Positions 61,901 through 64,000 of a stretch of DNA of 64,000 nt are shown here, one piece after another. Under the pieces are notes generated by a model, which saw only the letters and a list, made by a program, of their open reading frames with translations, did no database searches and was not told where the DNA came from. Source of the stretch: Phyllobates terribilis (Eukaryota). Position 1 is the first letter of the stretch; each line of letters begins with the position of its first letter. The position numbers and the translations under genes are program-made. The stretch spans positions 196,850,001 through 196,914,000 of the forward strand of contig NW_027362768.1 in NCBI RefSeq assembly GCF_046119375.1. The letters are read 5' to 3'.

Positions 61901-63279
61901 TGTGATGCCCTCCCTGGGCTATTTGGGTTACTCGGAGCCAGGTCGGTGTAGGGGTAGCGGGGGAGGCAGTCATGGCCTGGACCTGTTCCGTGCCCAGGGC
62001 TGTCACATAAAAATAATGGGCTTTCAAGTAAGAGTGGTATTTCGACTACGCCACCTGTGGTTTCTGGTGATGGACACCAGCGCTGCTTCAGTCCACTGAG
62101 GCTGGTGTTAGGGGCAGCTAGGATGGAACGGCTCCCCGCAGGAGTGTGATGAGGAATGGTGGGTGCAGTGCCGCGCAGGAAATAACAGGCTGAGGCGGTG
62201 TGTGAAGTCATCCGGGGTTTTACTCACATTCAGATGAATTTTCAGCCACAAAGCTTCTCTCTGCTTCACACGGCGTACTGTGGCCACCAGGAAGGGGGTT
62301 CAGCACTTCTCAGGTAGATCAGGAGCACCTGTCGAGACCCCTGCGGTGTGTGTTCCTCTCCTTGGCAAGTTCTCCCACTAAGTCTTCTGACTGTGTGTGG
62401 TACGAACGTGGTGTAAGGCCGGGTCCCACTGGATAAACACAGTGTGAGAGATACAGGTGGCGTACTCCGCTCCGTCCGTATCCCCCTGGGATCCACTAAG
62501 CCTCCGGGCTTTTCTGACTGAGACATGAAGTAACAAAGTCAGATATCGGGGGCCGGTCACCCCTCTTGCAGCAGGAGTCCCTCTGACTAGGCCAGAATAA
62601 AGAATACAGGTGGCGACTCCGCTCCGTCCGTATCCCCCTGGGATCCACTAAGCCTCCGGGCTTTTCTGACTGAGACATGAAGTAACAAAGTCAGATATCG
62701 GGGGCCGGTCACCCCTCTTGCAGCAGGAGTCCCTCTGACTAGGCCAGAGTAAAGAATACAGGTGGCGACTCCGCTCCGTCCGTATCCCCCTGGGATCCTT
62801 TTGCCTGTGGAGCCTATCTCCTCTGCTCCCCTCCCAGGCCTTCTTAGGTCAGGACCTTGACCGGGTAGAGACACTGGTTAACTCTGACCCGCTCCTCGTC
62901 TCGAGGCCAGAGTACGAGGACCGTGTATCTTCAGTCAGCTGCAGACTTTTGCTGGACTCTGGCAGAAGACCACAAGCAAAGACCTTGAACTTAAGATGGC
63001 CGTAGATTAAATATGAATCAATAAGTGTTTCCTAAAAGGGTGTCCTCCACCCTCACCCACTACATGGTTCCCCCTATCTTTGGTTCCCCCCCATCTCCTC
63101 TATCCCGGACCGGGGCAGCACCCTGGTGCATTTAGGCCCCCTACAGGACAGGAGTGGTGTAGTGTTGAGTGGCGAAGTGGGGTCCTGAGAAGCGCTCCAT
63201 CTTTACCTGGAAAAGGAGTTACCACACCTCTACTGAGGTGCAGTACCCCTGTGGCGACTGAACCCTCAGGGGCGCCACA
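61901..63279. mobile_element. Solo LTR (~1.38 kb) containing a ~152-bp internal tandem repeat (62451-62798)
   Basis: TGTGATGCCC...GGGCGCCACA termini (TG...CA, imperfect 10-bp inverted repeat). It splits the RTE coding remnant. Confidence 0.75.
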
Positions 63280-64000
63280 TTATTATCAAGATAAGAGCGG
63301 AGAAGACCCTGGTGACCTCTCTAGGCTGCACAAGATCCATCTTCCTACAGAGCGTTCATCCATCACGTCATGGCTCAAGATCGGGCAGAAGGCCATTAAT
63401 AATAATATTGTTATCCTTTCACATACTCAGGTGCCTCTACTGCAGCTCCATGCTTTGCTGATTGAGTGAACACTCGTCCTGTGACAAACCTTCCTTCCTC
63501 ACTTCCAGGGTGGTTTGAGCTCTTCGAATGCCGATTTCAGATATTCACGGCCACCGCCCCGTATTTGCATTTAATCGCCTCGCTCTTTCTGCCTGCTGCA
63601 CGTAGTTTGCATTATTACATTTTTTGCATAGTTGGTGACTATTTCAGCTATTAGCGGATCAAACCCTGAAGTCAGTTATTCTATAAATCTCTATATGCAG
63701 CTACTTTACAATGTGCAAAATATTATATTTTTGCAATTGTTTTTATTTCCTCATTGGCCAGTGACCAGACAATGGTCTTTTAAGCTTATTTTGCTTATAT
63801 GGACATTATTTTTCTTTTTTTATATGCACAATTTTTCCAGCAATGCATTTAATGTTTGGAGAGTTGAGGGGATTTTTTTTTTATATATATATAATAAAAT
63901 TAATACTAATTAATTATCCTCTTGTATTTATTGATGTGCTTATTACTTCTGGATTGTCTGTGTCCTTCCCCCCCACCCTATTGTTCATTAAAGGGATTTA

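Larger units (their letters stand above)
60990..63406 (+). mobile_element. 5'-truncated RTE-clade LINE (RT C-terminal part and (TAA)n tail), interrupted by a solo LTR at 61901-63279
   Basis: Degenerate ORF2 motifs YADDTTLI, EVVKDFNLLGS, EVNRRIAM, YGCETWT, IPWTARRTN and GRIEGTRRRGRP. The frame resumes at 63280 and ends in taataataat. Confidence 0.85.

Noticed and set aside
63510-63654. Phase-compatible acceptor (cttccttcctcacttccag) as dnase2b exon 4
   Set aside because: The translation (WFELFECRFQIF...) has no similarity to the expected GVLL...QGFWLIHS segment. The true exon 4 is probably beyond the window.

Overview
Vertebrate genomic DNA, almost certainly a frog (inferred from the Xenopus-like uricase and the amphibian-type Tc1, MITE and LTR repeats). 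It is not prokaryotic and has no CRISPR array. About half of the window is tandem repeat, and nearly all long six-frame ORFs are artefacts of stop-free repeat units. The real genes, reconstructed exon by exon with GT-AG boundaries and consistent phases, follow the conserved samd13 - uox - dnase2b order. samd13 (+) has 4 exons and 116 aa. uox/uricase (-) has 7 clear exons plus a candidate exon 1, about 302 aa, ending in SKL. dnase2b (+) shows exons 1-3 and runs off the window. Two unexpected features stand out. First, an intact, intronless PPIL1 cyclophilin with its own ETS-type promoter and a polyA-like remnant sits antisense inside dnase2b intron 1. Second, uox intron 3 is a ~9.7 kb array of ~170 co-oriented, CpG-free 57-bp units, each carrying a near-consensus CTCF motif; a dispersed palindromic element with the same motif lies at ~60.9 kb. 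The window also holds four Tc1/mariner copies, solo LTRs nested in a Tc1 and in an RTE LINE, several MITEs and at least a dozen minisatellite families.
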